From Pyrinomonadaceae bacterium (lineage in GTDB: Bacteria; Acidobacteriota; Blastocatellia; Pyrinomonadales; Pyrinomonadaceae), in NCBI GenBank assembly GCA_035577445.1, contig DATLVM010000223.1:1-53970 (forward strand): a stretch of 53,970 nt of DNA, written 5' to 3'. Of this stretch, positions 53,520 to 53,970 are shown piece after piece. The notes under the pieces are model-generated. The model made no database searches and was not told the origin of the DNA. It saw only the letters and a list, made by a program, of their open reading frames with translations. Every line of letters begins with the position of its first letter. Position 1 is the first letter of the stretch. A program made the translations under genes and the position numbers.

Positions 53520-53936
53520 CTAGCAGGCGGGAACTACGCCTGGACTGAGGACGATCACGCAACCGCCGCCTGGAGTCTGTTGATTCTCGTCGTTGTTTCC
53601 GAGCGCCACGGCCAGCAGGATCGCGACTGCGCCGCCGACTCCAAAGATGATTCCGAGAGTCTTCTTCTTGTTCGAGGAATTCTGGGTCTGCTGTTGCCCG
53701 GTTTGTACAGGGCTGGTCGACAGGCTCTCTCCGAATTTGAGGAGACGCGCCTGGCCGTTGTGATGAACTTCGACTTCGCCACTCATTACAGACAGCTTTG
53801 TGCCGGCACACTCAGTTGCCTCAACCATTATTAAAACGGCTTCATCGACTGACTTCTTATTAATCGAGACGTCCGCGGTACTGAAATCCAGATCTATGCC
53901 CGCGGGAATGTTGAGCAACGCACGCCCGGTGTGCAT
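53520..53936 (-). CDS. hypothetical protein with FecR-like beta segment and a TM helix
   Basis: GTKLSVMSGEVEVHHNGQARLLKFGES resembles a FecR-domain strand pattern. Hydrophobic LGIIFGVGGAVAILLAVALG is present. It lies near the window edge and the start is uncertain. Confidence 0.35.
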   Translation of the reverse strand: MHTGRALLNIPAGIDLDFSTADVSINKKSVDEAVLIMVEATECAGTKLSVMSGEVEVHHNGQARLLKFGESLSTSPVQTGQQQTQNSSNKKKTLGIIFGVGGAVAILLAVALGNNDENQQTPGGGCVIVLSPGVVPAC

Positions 53937-53970
53937 CGACCCGAGTACGCGCCGCTCTGAAGACTCGATC

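Overview
This is a 53,970-bp bacterial chromosomal window, gene-dense on both strands. The intergenic palindromic repeat families and the gene content suggest an Acidobacteriota-like soil bacterium, but that is inference only. The core (about 8.4-44.9 kb) is housekeeping and metabolic: IPT/TIG repeat protein, DoxX-YceI, alpha/beta hydrolase, GT2 glycosyltransferase, O-methyltransferase, two divergent B12-type radical SAM genes, prmC, HtrA-type protease, HIT, Uma2, murA, aroK-aroA, an RsbW-like kinase with two STAS paralogs, TPM-like and Tim44-like membrane proteins, carD, CNNM/CorC, egtD-like, a PDZ protein and an MBL hydrolase. It ends with a Bacillus-type fadN-fadA-fadE beta-oxidation operon carrying an extra nucleotidyltransferase-fold gene. 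Two accessory regions stand out. (1) Positions 1-8,000 hold a visibly AT-richer signalling island. It contains duplicated histidine kinase plus stand-alone receiver modules, then a TIR-receiver-(HEPN-like) protein, a membrane GAF protein and a small ORF. This resembles a Detocs-like defensive two-component layout with a different sensor and effector. (2) Positions 44,977-52,120 are a 7,144-bp insertion bounded by 22-bp TGT...ACA inverted repeats, a 5-bp GACGC direct duplication and 3-4 subterminal repeats per end (Tn7/Tn5053/Mu/IS21-style ends). It carries no transposase, only a four-gene operon: a tail-anchored helical protein, an HExxH zincin, its catalytically degenerate and frameshifted paralog, and a 796-aa TPR protein. 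I recognise no described function for that operon. I recognised no rRNA, tRNA or CRISPR array by eye. All domain calls come from motif reading, not database searches.
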